Assembly: GCF_009914755.1 (NCBI RefSeq)
Contig: NC_060933.1
Direction: 5' to 3' (one strand)
Length of the DNA: 64,000 nucleotides
Source of the DNA: the human T2T-CHM13v2.0 reference genome, Homo sapiens
Under the pieces are notes generated by a model. That model saw only the letters and a list, made by a program, of their open reading frames with translations, was not told where the DNA came from and did no database searches. The position numbers and the translations under genes were made by a program. Shown in pieces: positions 14,424-30,930 of this stretch; the first letter of the stretch is position 1, and each line of letters begins with the position of its first letter.

Positions 14424-14774
14424 TTAATGGGAATTGTTCAAATATTTGAGAAATTAACTTTCACCTGGTAGACGCTCTCTACATAAACCTAAAAATAATT
14501 TTAGGTTTGGTTAAACCAAGTAGTTGGGATTACAGGCATGTGCCATGATGCCTGACTAATTTTTGTATTTTTAGTAGAGACGGGGTTTCCCCATGTTGGC
14601 CAGGCTGGTCTCAAGTGATCCATCTGCCTTGGCCTCCCAAAGTGCAGGAATTACAATTAATGGGAATTGTTCAAATATTTGAGAAATTAACTTTAACCTG
14701 GTAGATGCTCTCTACATAAACCTAACCTAAAATTATTTTTAGGTTTATGTAGAGAGCGTCTACCAGGTGAAAGT
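14424..14774. repeat. Complex local duplication/inversion (69-bp direct repeat, 51-bp perfect inverted repeat, inverted Alu copy)
   Basis: 14424-14492 = 14657-14725 (2 mismatches); 14457-14507 = exact reverse complement of 14724-14774; 14516-14655 is an inverted copy of 14959-15097. Confidence 0.95.
14516..14655 (-). mobile_element. Internal Alu fragment without head or tail (duplicated copy)
   Basis: Shares a private deletion and substitutions with the Alu at 14947. Confidence 0.9.
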
Positions 14775-14940
14775 CACTATTTTAGGCACATTACTTGCAT
14801 TTCTTATCTAATTTAATCTCCATCACCATTCCATTAGTTAACTATTGTTTTCTTTCTTCTACACATGTTGAATCAGGTTAGCTTGTACAATGTCACAGTA
14901 GGTAAAATGGAAGAGCCATACTGGAATAAAAATGCATTTA

Positions 14941-15264
<324 letters not shown>

Positions 15265-15413
15265 TTATTTTATAGAGTTTGGGTGAATCTCCAACCAGCC
15301 AGAGATAAAAGTTTTAAGCCTTGGTAGTTGAATATTGACTGGTTAGCCACATAGCTTGTGCTCAGGATTCATATACTTCCCCTTAACTAGAATGTAAATT
15401 AGGAAGAAAGGGG

Positions 15414-15701
15414 GGTTGAACACATGGCTCAGGCCTGTAATCCCAGTGCTTTGGGAGGTTGAGGTAGGAGGATTGCTTGAGTTTAGGAGTTTGAGATCAT
15501 CCTGGGTGACATAGGTAGACTCTGTCTCTACAAAAAAAAAAAAAAAAAAAAAAAATTAGCCAGGTGTGGTGGTGCGCACCTGTGATCTCAGCTACTCGAG
15601 CCCAGGAGGTGAAGGCTGTGATGAACCTTGATAGTGCCACTGCACTTCAACCTGGGCAACGGAGCAAGACACTGTCTCTAGTAAATAAATAAAAATAAAA
15701 T
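15414..15701 (+). mobile_element. AluJ with expanded middle A-tract
   Basis: TSD aattaggaagaaagg. Confidence 0.85.
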
Positions 15702-17163
15702 AATTAGGAAGAAAGGAATGAAGGAGGAAATGAAGGAAGGAGCAAAGGAAGGAAATGGTCACTTTTCTGTTTCCCTGGAGGATTGCTGCAGAATAACAAT
15801 GCCAGTCTTACATTGCTTCAGTAAGAAGTTCCATTGTTTTAGGAAGATATCCTAGAAAATAGGTTACTCAATATAGGGATGGACCAAGGAATTAATAGAA
15901 TTAATCTTAATGAAAATTATGAAGTTAACAGTCTACCGAAGACAAACAATTGCCACCTTTTAGGACAATAGGGATCTGGACTCAAAAATCTTTTGGGAAA
16001 CTATAATTTTATAATGTAATTACTTATTTTATATTAATTTAAATGTAGGCAAGTTAGAAACTATGAGAAAGCCATCTAAGTATTCCTCACGGGGGCACAT
16101 CTGTTTTATGAGTCTGCAAACTCAAATGACTAAAATGGCACAGTTATCAGCATGTTAACATGACTAAAATTATTGACATGTTGAGAGACATACAGGTGCG
16201 GATGTATTAAATTAGCATATTGCTAGAAAAAATATATGATTAAAAGTGGATAACAGGGCTTTCCATCTTTATTCCTTTGGGAAAGCAGACATTGTTATGC
16301 ACTCTCAAGTCAAAGATGACCCTGATCCTAGACTCAGAGGCACCTGGGGAATTTGCTGGATCAGGCAGTGACTCAGATTTACCGTCCAAACTCATCCCTG
16401 GTCTGAGCAGCTCCCTGCATCAGCTTTCATGACCCTGCTGTTGAATCATGGCAGCCAACAAACAATCACCACATTTGTGGGACCTTTTTTTAGCCCCTCT
16501 CACCTGTGGCTCCCAAGATCCATCACCTAAGATTTACAAAATAGAACACACAAAGATCAAAGGTCAGCTTTGAAATATAAAAGCATTGTGTCCAAATGTT
16601 AAAAATAAGGTCAGCCATAAATCATGTTGGAAAGAAGTAGAATGTCATAAACACAAGAGATTACAAATCATAATTCACAGCTTGGAGCTCCACAACCCTA
16701 ACAGAATTAACTTAAAAGCAACAACAACAGTAAAGGTGATGACCACAAATAACACAGGTCGGAGATCTGAGGTTTGGCAGGAAAAAGCCAGATGTGTTCA
16801 GAGTTCAGTGGAAAAGGTCACAAGCCTAGACAGACTAACTAGGTATCATAAGAATGTCTGTTTACCTTTTTTATCTTGGTAAACACTATATTTATAATTA
16901 TTAGACTTTTTGCTTGTTTGGTTACTGAAGGTCATGCTAGGACGCGAGAGAATGACTTATTTGGAGGACCCTAAAAATAAAATTCTACATGCTTAATTCA
17001 AGACATTCCTACTATGTTAGAGATAAAATACTGGAAATCCTAAAGAAGAGAAGAATAAACTTGCATCAGGTTCTTCTGCTGTCACTTCGCAATGCTGAAC
17101 TATCACCCAGAATTCTTTCAATATATGATAGCACATCACTGACACCAAAAAGAATAATGATTT

Positions 17164-17490
<327 letters not shown>

Positions 17491-18464
17491 CTATAAGTTA
17501 GATATAAGTTATAACCACAAATCTAAATATCAGCTTTCTTGATCAACTGCACAGCTTATAATGATTTAAAACCTACTAATAACTATGTATCTTATTTTCT
17601 TGCAATAACACATAATTATAATAGGTTAATATTTATGAATCACACTGAGGTTCTCGGATGAAGTGATAAGCAAGTAAGTAAATATTACATAAATAAATAA
17701 TTACCTGAGCAGTTAATGCCTCTGAAGTTGTGGATTGTAAATTTGAGAATACTAATTGCCTTATGAAATTTTGGCTCACAGATAACATGGGAAGTAGTGC
17801 TGTGTAATATGTAATCAACTCCCCTCTAATTTGACTTTGAAACCAAGTGAAAGAGAAAGAAGAAAATTAGGTTAATGTCTACCTATTTCTTTTTTACATA
17901 TGATTGGGGACATTCTGAACACACAATGTCAATTCAATATGATTGATTTAAGAACATGGAAAATTAAATGGTTTGATCTTTTTCCATTACATGTTCATAT
18001 GCAGCCAATACATGAAAATAACTTTTAAATAGATTTAAAGTGTCTGATGGCCATTATAGGAAGAAAGAAATATATGTGGAAGTAATTTGTTCTTTGAATC
18101 ATATTCAGATAAGATGGAAATATTAAATACTGCAAATATCCAAAAATGGTATAGATATAACCTGATTTTTGCAATTTTCTTTTTTTTAGGTATAACATTT
18201 TAATCCTTTATAAATAGGAAGAAAAATGGAAAAACAATGAGGAGTAGGAAATCACATTTCTAGTTGTCTTTTTAAACCATAGCTTTGAAAGCTCAGAGAA
18301 GGCAAGAATCCAGTTTGCTATACAATAGAAAGCATTGAAGAATGTCATAGGCTTACTTTTTCCCCATTCAACATTTCTCTGGATATTCACCCATAACACT
18401 TAGGAGCAGATAAAAAAATTCTTTTCTAACTTGACTTCTTTAAAATGACTTATGGTAAAATATC

Positions 18465-18756
<292 letters not shown>

Positions 18757-19057
18757 GTAAAATATCTTAAATTACACTAGAATCCAAAGGTTTATCCTTG
18801 TAGTCCCTCACAAAAACAACTCTGAATTTTATTAAGAGCCAAATGAGCCTTGAATCTGAGTCCAGATCAAACACTAAGAAATTTGGTTCATTTGAGTGGC
18901 TTCTTTATATACACTTGCATTTTCTAAATTTTCTATAATGGACATATACCACTTTTACAATCAGAGGAAAAAACAAAACAAAACAAAACAAACATTACAT
19001 AAAGAAGTTTAGTTCAGATGTCAAACTTGCTCAGGGCCAATAGAAATGAGAGGATAA

Positions 19058-19355
<298 letters not shown>

Positions 19356-19759
19356 GAAATGAGAGAATAGACTAGAGTTCATGGCGTAAGTTTTTGCAGA
19401 AGCACCACTGCGTGAGTCTGTACATGGCTTTAAGAACTGTTTCTTATGTTTTATAGCAAACATTGTGGATGATGTAAATGAACACTATTACTTCTTCCCC
19501 TTTTATTTGTGAGCACTGAAGGATGTGTGCACTTACACAGTTTGCTTCTGCATGGTGGTTAAAAAATAAATTATCCATCAGTTTCACAAACAATGTGAAA
19601 GTTGCTTTACATAAATCTGAAGCTGAGTTTGCTCTGGACAGTGTTAAGCCATCTAAGAATTCTGCTAGGAGCAGATGTTCAGTCCTATTAAAGTGAGCAA
19701 CGACGAACTTCTCAACTGAACATTATTATTTTAGGGAGTTTAAAGAGAAGCAACACAGG

Positions 19760-20000
19760 CTCATACGAATTAGAAGAGACTAAATCCACATAATGCAGTA
19801 GACTCTCAGTTTAGTACCAGCTGTCATTCGTACAAGCTCTGTGACTCTGAAACATTCACTTAACCTCTCTGAGACTCTGTTTTCATTTATAAAATGATGA
19901 TGATAATAATAGTACCTATTCAGAAGATTACTGAAAAGACTAAACTAGATAAATTGCTTAGGACATTTATTAGCACATGCAAAGTGCTCCAACAAATATT
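19760..20000 (+). mobile_element. MIR
   Basis: cacttaacctctctgag..ataaaatgatg..atagtacct. Confidence 0.75.
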
Positions 20001-20076
20001 TACTCTTATAAAAACTTGTACTGTCTTCTCTGCTGACTTGACGGTGGTGTTACATGAAGAGCAGAGTCTGAATGGT

Positions 20077-20412
20077 TTTATTATTATTATTATTAATTAA
20101 TTAATTTATTTATTTATTTATTTTTGAGGCAGAGTTTCACTCTTGATGCCCAGGCTGGAGTGCAATGGTGTGATCTCAGCTCACTGCAAACTCTGCCTGC
20201 CTCCCAGGTTCAAGTGATTCTCCTGCCTCAGCCTCCCAAGTAGCTGGGATTACAGGCATGTGCCACTACGCCTGGCTAATTTTGTACTTTTAGTAGAGAC
20301 GGTGTTTTACTATGTTGGTCAGGCTGGTCTCAAATTCCTGACCTCAGGTGATCCACCCGCCTCGGCCTCCCAGAGGGCTGGGATTATAGGCATGAGCCAC
20401 TGTGCCCAGCCT
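20077..20412 (-). mobile_element. AluS
   Basis: Reverse Alu; TSD tgaatg(g/t)ttt. Confidence 0.95.
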
Positions 20413-20617
20413 GAATGTTTTAAAATATCTTTACTACTTGGTATAGTAGGTTGGACATATCACGTGCCCTTACTTCTGTGCTAAGAGTATTATTTAGGAT
20501 TAGAACCTTCAACCAGGTCCTAAAATGATGTCACCTAATTAGTTACTCATCCTAGGTGTGGCAAGTAGAACTTCCTAGTACAAATTGGAGAGAGCCTATG
20601 TTTGTGTTTAAGACACA

Positions 20618-20980
20618 TGTCTTAGTCTGTTCAGGCTGTTAGAACAAAATACACACACTGGGTAGCTTATCAACAACAGAAACTTATTTCTCACAGTAAT
20701 AGGGGCTGGAAAGGCCAAACTCAAGGAGCTGGCAGATTCAGTGTCTGGTGAGGGCCCTGCTTCCTGGCTCATAGATGGCACTTCTTGCTGTGTCCCCATA
20801 GGGTGGAAGAGGCAAGGCAGCTCTTGGGAGCCTTCTTCATAAGGACACTAACCCCATTCATGAAGGATCTGCCTTCGTGATTTAATCACTCCCCAAAGGG
20901 CCCACCTTCAGTTACCATCACATGGGTGATTAGGTTTCAACCTACGAATTCTGGGGAACACAAACATTCAGACCATAGCA
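20618..20980 (-). mobile_element. MLT1A0-like solo LTR
   Basis: tgtcttagtctgttcaggctg..acaaacattcagaccatagca. Confidence 0.9.
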
Positions 20981-21042
20981 GTGCTAGATGGTGTTTCTAA
21001 AGGAAAAATAGTGCTCCACTGGGGCATAAAAATCTGTTTATA

Positions 21043-21282
21043 GGCTAGGCATGGTGGCCTGTAATCCCAGCACTTTGGGAGGCCAAGGCGGCAGATCATG
21101 AGGTCAGGAGTTCGAGACCAGCCTGGCCAGCATGGTGAAACCCCGTCTCTACTAAAAATACAAAAAGTTAGCTGGGCACGGTGGCGCCCGCCTGTAGTCC
21201 CAGCTACTCAGGAGGCTGAGGCAGGGAAATCGCTTGAACCCAGGAAGTGGACATTCCAGCCTGGGCGACAGAGCGAGACTCC

Positions 21283-21313
<31 letters not shown>
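21043..21313 (+). mobile_element. AluSg-like with deletions
   Basis: TSD ctgtttata; (AAAAC)n tail. Confidence 0.9.
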
Positions 21314-21324
21314 TGTTTATAATA

Positions 21325-21555
21325 TTAATAATAAATAGTTCCTGAATGTTCACTTGGAGTCAAAGAGCTGCTAACAACTAGGCCCACATTCTCATTGAAT
21401 TCTCACTACCACCTTATGCAGCAGGTACTGTTTTAATCCTGAGAGAAAACTGGGGCTCAAAGAGGTTAAGTAACTTGCTCACTGTCACATAACAAGTAGA
21501 TGGTGCACTGGACACTTCAGTGCCTACTCACTCCTTTACAAGGGTTCTGAGCCAT
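21325..21555 (-). mobile_element. MIR
   Basis: aaactggggctcaaagaggttaagtaacttgc. Confidence 0.75.
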
Positions 21556-22291
21556 GATTTTTGTGTGGTAAAGATGAGAGGCAGACAGCTGTTTATAGAA
21601 TTGGAAAATACTTCTATCTTTCCTTGATACCTGCACCCATCCCCCTTTCATCCACATTGCAGTTTTTGCAAAGTCAGTCAGTTAGGAGGGAAACATCCAT
21701 TTAATTGAGGGGAAGGAGAGTATTAGCCTCATCCTTTTTTCTAAGTGGTGGGGGAAAAACCTCCACTGAGAGAGAGAAGAACAAGAAGAAAAAATTTAAC
21801 CAGCAATTTTGTTCACTTGAAGGCAGAAACAACCACGGTTACCCTAGAAGTAAATCCAGAGCTGCGGGACGCTGGAGGACAAAACCAACCTTCCAGGGAA
21901 GCCGAGGAGAAGTCATGCCTTCAAAAGGTGTCTGCCTTTTTTTTTTTCACCCTCTCTCCTCTAACCTGTTTGTAACTGGGAAATGAAATAGTTTTGGTTT
22001 GCAAGCTGTCGCCAGGGAGTGGAGCAAGACTTTGTAATAAACAAGAGCAACTGCCAGAGCCCCCAGCGAGCCTCTCCAAGGCCAGACTGCCAAGAAAAGC
22101 TGGCAGTGTGACAGCAAGTTTCATTCAGCGTGGCCGGTGGTCACTGAGGAGCGACCATGAGGAGGATGGCCAGAGGGGGTACCCCCCAGTCTCACCTTGG
22201 GGAAGAGTACAGCCTCCTATTAGTGAGCTGTGTGGGCTATTAAAATTCCCCCAGGCTGAGTGTTTCAGGAAGCACCATAAATAAATAAAAT

Positions 22292-22295
<4 letters not shown>

Positions 22296-22325
<30 letters not shown>
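22296..22325. repeat. (TG)15 microsatellite
   Basis: Directly visible. Confidence 0.95.
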
Positions 22326-22326
<1 letters not shown>

Positions 22327-23374
22327 AATTCTCTAGAGAAAAGATCTAGAGCTTTCACCAAATTCCCAAGAGCCCACGACCCTTACAGCAGAAGCCAAAC
22401 TCAGAATTAGCACACACTTAGGTCTTCTGCAAAAGAACACCAAGCTCACCACTTTTATTTCTGGAAACTGAGCCTAGGCGGTCAGCCCACTCTCCTCTTA
22501 CAAAACCCCTAGGCACTTAAGAGACCACAGGGGAAAAAAAAGAACTCAACCCCTTTTCTAATCTAAACCTAATCCTTCTTAAACCTTGCCTGACCCGGGT
22601 TACCAGGAATCCTGCCAGTGCCAAATGATACGATGTTTATTCAGCTCATGTCTTAGCCCGCTGCTCCTGAGCCACAGAAATCAAAGGGGAACATTCAGCC
22701 ACCACCTGCTGATCAACGTGTAAACAAAGGGGTAGTCAAGACTGAGGAGGACCAGCTTTTGAGGACAATCACTGCGTGTTGCTCCAGCTCACATAAAGGC
22801 ACGGCTCCTAAGGAACAGGCTTGAGACATGCACAAGTGCTGTGCCAAGTAGTTCAGGAGCCTGGTACAGCTGTTCCCAATATGCCTTTACCTCCTGTTGC
22901 CTCTTCTAACCACAATAGGGTGTGGATGACATAGTGCCCTTGCTCCCAGAAGAAACTGGGAAAGTTACAACTCATTAACCAGTTAGGTTAGTGTTGGAAC
23001 AGTGCTTGCCACATTATTCTGAGAAGCCTCAGATCCGTGAGGGTGATGTGGAGCTCAGAACACATGGCCTGACCCCATGTGGGGTTTTACTGGAGCAGTT
23101 GTTTTGATCTGTCTTACATCTGGGGGATCTGCAAGAGATTTCGAGGGATGAGGGCCAGTTCCCTTGCTAAAACTTAGAATGTTTAAAAAAAAAAAAAACT
23201 CCCTTGTACTATTGAGCTTGGTACATCTTTCCTTGAAAGGAGCTAAAGTGAAATAACTTATAGATCCTGACATGCAATGAGCTGGGTTTTTTTCCAATTT
23301 TCTTTGCTTCTTGTCTCTGAACATATGCCTCCTTATAATTCTTCCTATATGTGTTTGATAGCATTGTTCTCTGA

Positions 23375-23640
23375 GTAATAGTAACCATGAGAAGAATATC
23401 TAACATTTATTCCATGCCTATTGTGTGCCATGCCACATGCTGGGCACTTTATGTGCCCTTATCCTACCGGACCCCGCTGCAGCCCTGTGAGTGGATGGTC
23501 CCTCTCTTCAGCTCTCAGGTGACACAAAAACAACAACAACAACATCCGCAACAGCAACTTCTTCAGTTCATTTAGTTGGTAAATTCTGGACTCAGAACTG
23601 CAAGCTAGGCAGTAACTCAGAGGTTGAGTTGACTTGATGT
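23375..23640 (-). mobile_element. MIR with internal (CAA)n
   Basis: taacatttatt..tgtgccatg..gggcacttt. Confidence 0.5.
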
Positions 23641-24029
23641 ATAATGTCACCTTTAATGTCTACTGAACAAGAGATGTGTGTGTATAAATAAGACGTAAAT
23701 TATTTTTTCATCTTGAAAAGGAATGTGCTCAATAGAGAAAATCTGAAGTTAAAAAATAAAAAAACAGGAAGAAAAAATAACCCATGATTTCCCAACTCCA
23801 AGACCACCAACTGTTAATGTGTTAATGTTTGCGCATATTTCCTCCCAGTCTATTTTTATGCATAATTTTTAGCCCTGCATATTTAAAACAGCTGTGATTG
23901 TGCATATTTTATTTTGCTTTTGTCACTTTGTATGACAATATAATGTATGATGATGTTTTTCATAATATTTCAAATTCTCTATAATTTTTACTGGCTAAAT
24001 ATTAGTCTTTTAAGTGGAGTAATTCAGGT

Positions 24030-24140
24030 TGACAAATATTTATTGAGCACCTAATATGTCCCAGACCCTGTGCTCCACCCTGGGAACACACAGATATATA
24101 AAATTCTGTTCTTTTCTTCAAGAACTAGCAGTCTAGTGTA
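24030..24140 (-). mobile_element. L2 3' end
   Basis: caaatatttattgagcacct..gtgct..cctgggaacaca. Confidence 0.7.
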
Positions 24141-24191
24141 GAGCAAAGAAGGTAACTAGATAACTATGTAGTTATAATAATAGCTACCACT

Positions 24192-24520
<329 letters not shown>

Positions 24521-24680
24521 TAGCTACCACTACTGAACATATATGATGTCCCAGGCACCATTCACAGGTATGAACTCACTGAATCCTCAGAGCAACCTTA
24601 TGAGTAGGGATGATCACTCTGTTCTTTTTAATAGCTGTTGAGACTGAGGCATGCCTTGCTAATAAGATGGCATTGCCCAG

Positions 24681-25525
<845 letters not shown>

Positions 25526-26314
25526 CGAGGATTAAAACCCAGGCAGTTTGACCCTAGTGCCATCGTTCTTAACTATGGTCATATATGAGGTTATTAGCTA
25601 TGTCCAGGGTGCTATGTGAATCTAGAGAAATAACACTTAACAGAGAGATAGGGAAGGACAGATAGTGTCAGCAAGATGACAATCTAGCTCTCTTAAGTGG
25701 GGCAGGAGTTACGAAGGCAGTGAAGGAAGGAAGGATAAGGAATTGAATTAACATAGAAAGATATGCATGATATCATAGGTGAAACTATTCTACTATTATG
25801 TATTTGTTTCCCCATTTCTGTTTTTAGAAATATATACATGAGTTTATTTATATTTATAATCATATGTGCAGATAATATGCTCTTATAGTGCTCTTTGGGG
25901 AGTGGGTTTCTGGGTAAATGTAAGAGAAGGCTTTACTTTTTGCTTATAAATTTTCACATTATTTGAAAATTTCATCACACATGTATTATGTTGGGCTTAC
26001 TTTTTTGTAAAATAAAGTATGTGTAATATATCATTTTTCAAAATTGGAGAAAATGATATGCATTGCTGGGATGCAAATTTTTATGTATAATATAAAGCTT
26101 TGTGCTTCTTTAGTATAATTTCCTTAGTATGAAAATTTCCTAGAGGTAGAAGTGCTGAACCAATGGATACAATATTTGGAAAACATATTTAAAAAAAAAA
26201 GATATGGTAGACAATGGATAAGCCAAAATGAATGTATGAAGGGAAAGAAGATATTGAAGTTGGTAAAGAGAAGACATGATAGTTGCCTACTTGTATGTAA
26301 AGGCAGAAACATGG

Positions 26315-26702
26315 TATATTAGTTTGCTAGGACTGACATAACAAAGTACCACAAACTGGGTGCCTTATACAACAGAAATTTATTTTCTTACAATTCTAGA
26401 GGGTAGAAGTTCAAGATCAAGGTGTCACCAGAATCAATTTCTTCTGAGGCCTCTCTGCTGGGCTTGTAGATGGCCGCCTTCTCCCTGCGTCTTCACATGG
26501 TGTCTTTCTGTAGATGTCTGTGTCCTAATTTCCCCTTCACACAAGGATACCAGGCATATTGGATTAGGGCCCACCCCAATGATTTCATTTTAACTTAGTG
26601 ACCTAATTAAAGACTCTGTCTCCAAATACAGTCACATTATGAAGTTTTCGGGTTAGGATTTTAACCTGTGAATTTTGGGGGAACACAATTCGCCTTATAA
26701 CA
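26315..26702 (-). mobile_element. MLT1B/C solo LTR
   Basis: tatattagtttgctagg..aacacaattcgccttataaca; TSD catgg. Confidence 0.9.
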
Positions 26703-26740
26703 CATGGAAAAGAAAGCTCCAGAATCAATACTAGTGATGA

Positions 26741-27135
<395 letters not shown>

Positions 27136-27346
27136 TTGAGACTCTGTCTAAAAAAAAAAAAAGGATGGACTGGACATGGGAGGGAAGTCCCATAAGATGA
27201 TCATAATGGAGCTGAAAAATTTCTATCGCCTAGTGACATTGTAGCCATTTTGACATCAAAGTGCAATGTACTACTCAAGTGTTTGTAGTGATGCTGTTGT
27301 AAACAAATCTACCACACTGCTAGTCATATAAAAATATAGCACAATT

Positions 27347-28046
<700 letters not shown>

Positions 28047-29726
28047 TATACCATACTTTTAATCATTATTTTATAGTGGACTCCTTGTACTTATTTTAAA
28101 AAGTTAACTGTAAACAGCCTCAGGCAGGTCCTTCAGAATGTACCCAGAAGAAGGCATTGTTATCATAGGACGTGACAGCTCCATGTATGTTATTGCCATG
28201 AAGACCTTCCAAGTGGGACAAGATGTGGAGGTGGAAAGCAGTGATATTGATGATCCTGACACTGTGCAGGCCTAGGCTAAGGTGTGTGTTTGTGTCTTAG
28301 TTTTTAACAAAAAATTTAAAAAGTAAAAAACTAGTAAAAATTCTAAAAATGAAAAAAAGCTTATAGAATAAAAATATAAGGAAATAAAATATTTTTGAGC
28401 AGCTGTACAATGTGTTTTAAGCTAAATTTATTATAAAAGTCAAAAATTTTTAAAAATTAAATAGTTTAAAAAAGTAAAAATGTTACAGTAAGCTAAAGTT
28501 AGTTTACCTTTGAAGAAGGAATAGGTTTGTAGCATAGGAGCAATAGGCCACACCATATAAGCTAGGTGTGTAGTAAGCTATACCATCTAGGTTTGTGTGA
28601 GTACATTCCCTGAGGCTAACACAAGGACAAAACCACCTAACAACACATTTGTCAGAAGGTATCCCCAGTGCTAAGTGACACATGACTATAGTTTGCCAAC
28701 CCTGATCTAAAGCTGTAATTCAAGAAAACTTAAAATATTTACTAGTTTGAACATAAGTATGTAGTGAGCCCAGACTGATTAATTATGAGTTATACTCATT
28801 TCTTTGTTGATTTGTTTAATAAATGCTGTATTTCTGAGTGATAATCATATAGTCTGGTCCCTTTCCAATAACTTTATACCTATATTCTATTATGAAGATG
28901 TAAACTCTGAACTTTAGTTTAATAATAGCATATTTCTGGACCAGGAATTTAGGTTTTTAAAAAGTTTTTGCTACAAATACTTAGGTTAAATCTGTCACAG
29001 AAATGATGTATCACATGCTATAACTGCAAAATAAGGGACAGAGAGATGAAGGTTAAGATGATGCATCCCAGAGAGTTGGTCTTTCATTCTGCTATTCATT
29101 CAAACAATATTCACATGTCAACATGTGCAAGGCACTAGAATGCATTCCTTGGAGAATTCCAGGATGACATAGACATAAACATGATCTTCAAAGTCTCCAG
29201 TGCTTTCTTTGGATAAAATGAGAATAGAATTGCCCTGGCCTTGGGAATTAGTTTAGGGAGAGCACATGACCAAGCTAGAACAAGTGGACTCTTGCCATGA
29301 AATTTTAGCCTCAAGTGGAATACCTTCGCTGTAAGAGCATGCAACTATGTCATTGAGGAGACAGTTCATTCGTTCCTGCCCTGTGCTACATAGAGTTGCC
29401 CTTTTTCCAAGGATGTTTGGTTTGCAAAGGGGATTAAAAAGAAATCATGCTGGAAAAGTAAGTTGGAGTGAGCTGTGGTGAGCCTTCAAAACCAGAGGGA
29501 GGAGCATGAACTATATTCTATAGATAAAAAAGCTTCTTCTAATACCATAATTGATTTTAGTGGGTTAGCAATAAACCAGGTGAATACAACATCCATGTCC
29601 ATGATGTGCTAAAGACCAGCCTGAGTTATGCTAGGTAGAAGGCTGATTACAGATTAGAAGTATTTGGCATTCCGTGCAGATTTTCCTGTTCTGCTGCTCT
29701 ACAGCAGGGTTTCTCAACCTCAGCAC

Positions 29727-30276
29727 TGTAAGAATTAAAGAAATAGGAAAGAAACATGAAGGGTGGCTCGACAGTCAACAAGGACAGGTTTATTTTAGAA
29801 AACAAACCTGAGAGGGGCTTCTGGCCGAGTTAGGTCAGAGCCCACTCTCTTACACACTAAGAGGTTTTAAGGATTCAGGGTGGAAGAGTTTATCAGAGGC
29901 TTGGACTGCTTCTGTGTCTCTTTGTTGTGCTTATCTGGGAGGGAGAGTTGTGTGTCTGTTCCCATACATCTTTCTGCAGCTGCAGGCATACCCCCCAATT
30001 CTGCTTTTAGCTTCCCTAACTTAGTGCACCTGAAGGGAAAGGAATGTGCTTACTGGGGCCCACTGTTTTACCGGGGCCCATTGTATGAGGGCGAAGTTTG
30101 GCAGTTACCCAAGAGCCTTTCCCCCCACCTCTGTTTATCTGTGTTTTACTGTCTGCTCTTTCTGGCTGCTTGTAGTTAGAAGAGAAGTGATTTCCTTGAA
30201 ATGCATGACACTAGAAAGAGAGCTGGAACTTAAAGTGGTGGTGTTTGTCCAACATGACGGTGCTCCTGCTCTGTCA
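29727..30276 (-). mobile_element. ERV1 solo LTR (LTR19-like)
   Basis: 550 bp, TG..CA termini (TGACAGAGCAGGAGCACC..TTCTTACA on minus), AATAAA in the R region, perfect 5-bp TSD agcac; family name from memory. Confidence 0.8.
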
Positions 30277-30442
30277 AGCACTGGTGACATTTGGGCTGGA
30301 TAATTATTTGTTGTGGGAGACTGCTCTGTGTCTTGCAGGAGGTTGAGTCTCCACCCACTAGATACTACCAAGTAGTACCACCTCTCCTGCTACAATAGGA
30401 AAAAATGTCTCTAGACACTGGCATGTGTGCTCTGGAGAGTGG

Positions 30443-30930
30443 TATAGTTTCCTATTGCTGTGGTAAGAAATTATGACAAAGTTAATGACTTAAACACAAA
30501 TTTATTCTCTCACAGTTCCAGAGGTTGGAAGTCTGAAATGAGTCTTATGAGACTAAAATCAAAATATTAGCAGGGCTGGTTCCTTGTGGAGGCTCTGAAG
30601 GGAGAATCCATTCCCTTGTCTTCTTTCAACTTCTAGTAGCCACCTATATTCCTTGGCTTGTGTCCTCATTTACCTCTTCAAAGTGCATCTTTCCAAACTT
30701 GACTTCTGTCATCCTATCGCCCTCTCCTCCACTCTGACTCCTTCTACCTTCCTCTTAGAAGCACTGTCGTGATTCTCTTGGGCACACCTGCATAACCCAG
30801 GCTCATCTCCTTATCTCAAATCCTTAACTTAATCACATCTGCACGGTGTTTTTGCCATGTGAGGTAATGTTCACAGGTTCTGTGAGTTAGGATGTAGACA
30901 TGTTTGGGGGCCCATTATTCAGTCTACCAC
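30443..30930 (-). mobile_element. MLT1D-like solo LTR
   Basis: tagtttcctattgctg..aaatttattctctcacagttc..ccattattcagtctaccac. Confidence 0.85.

Noticed and set aside
14424-14774. A MITE or CRISPR-like repeat-spacer unit
   Set aside because: The arms derive from the local MIR and flank, there is no TSD, only two direct copies and no associated genes; the context is primate DNA
22863-22876. GGTACA-gc-TGTTCC as a glucocorticoid response element
   Set aside because: Spacer is 2 nt rather than the required 3
23387-23575. ORF with a polyglutamine-like tail
   Set aside because: Comes from a (CAA)n run inside a MIR
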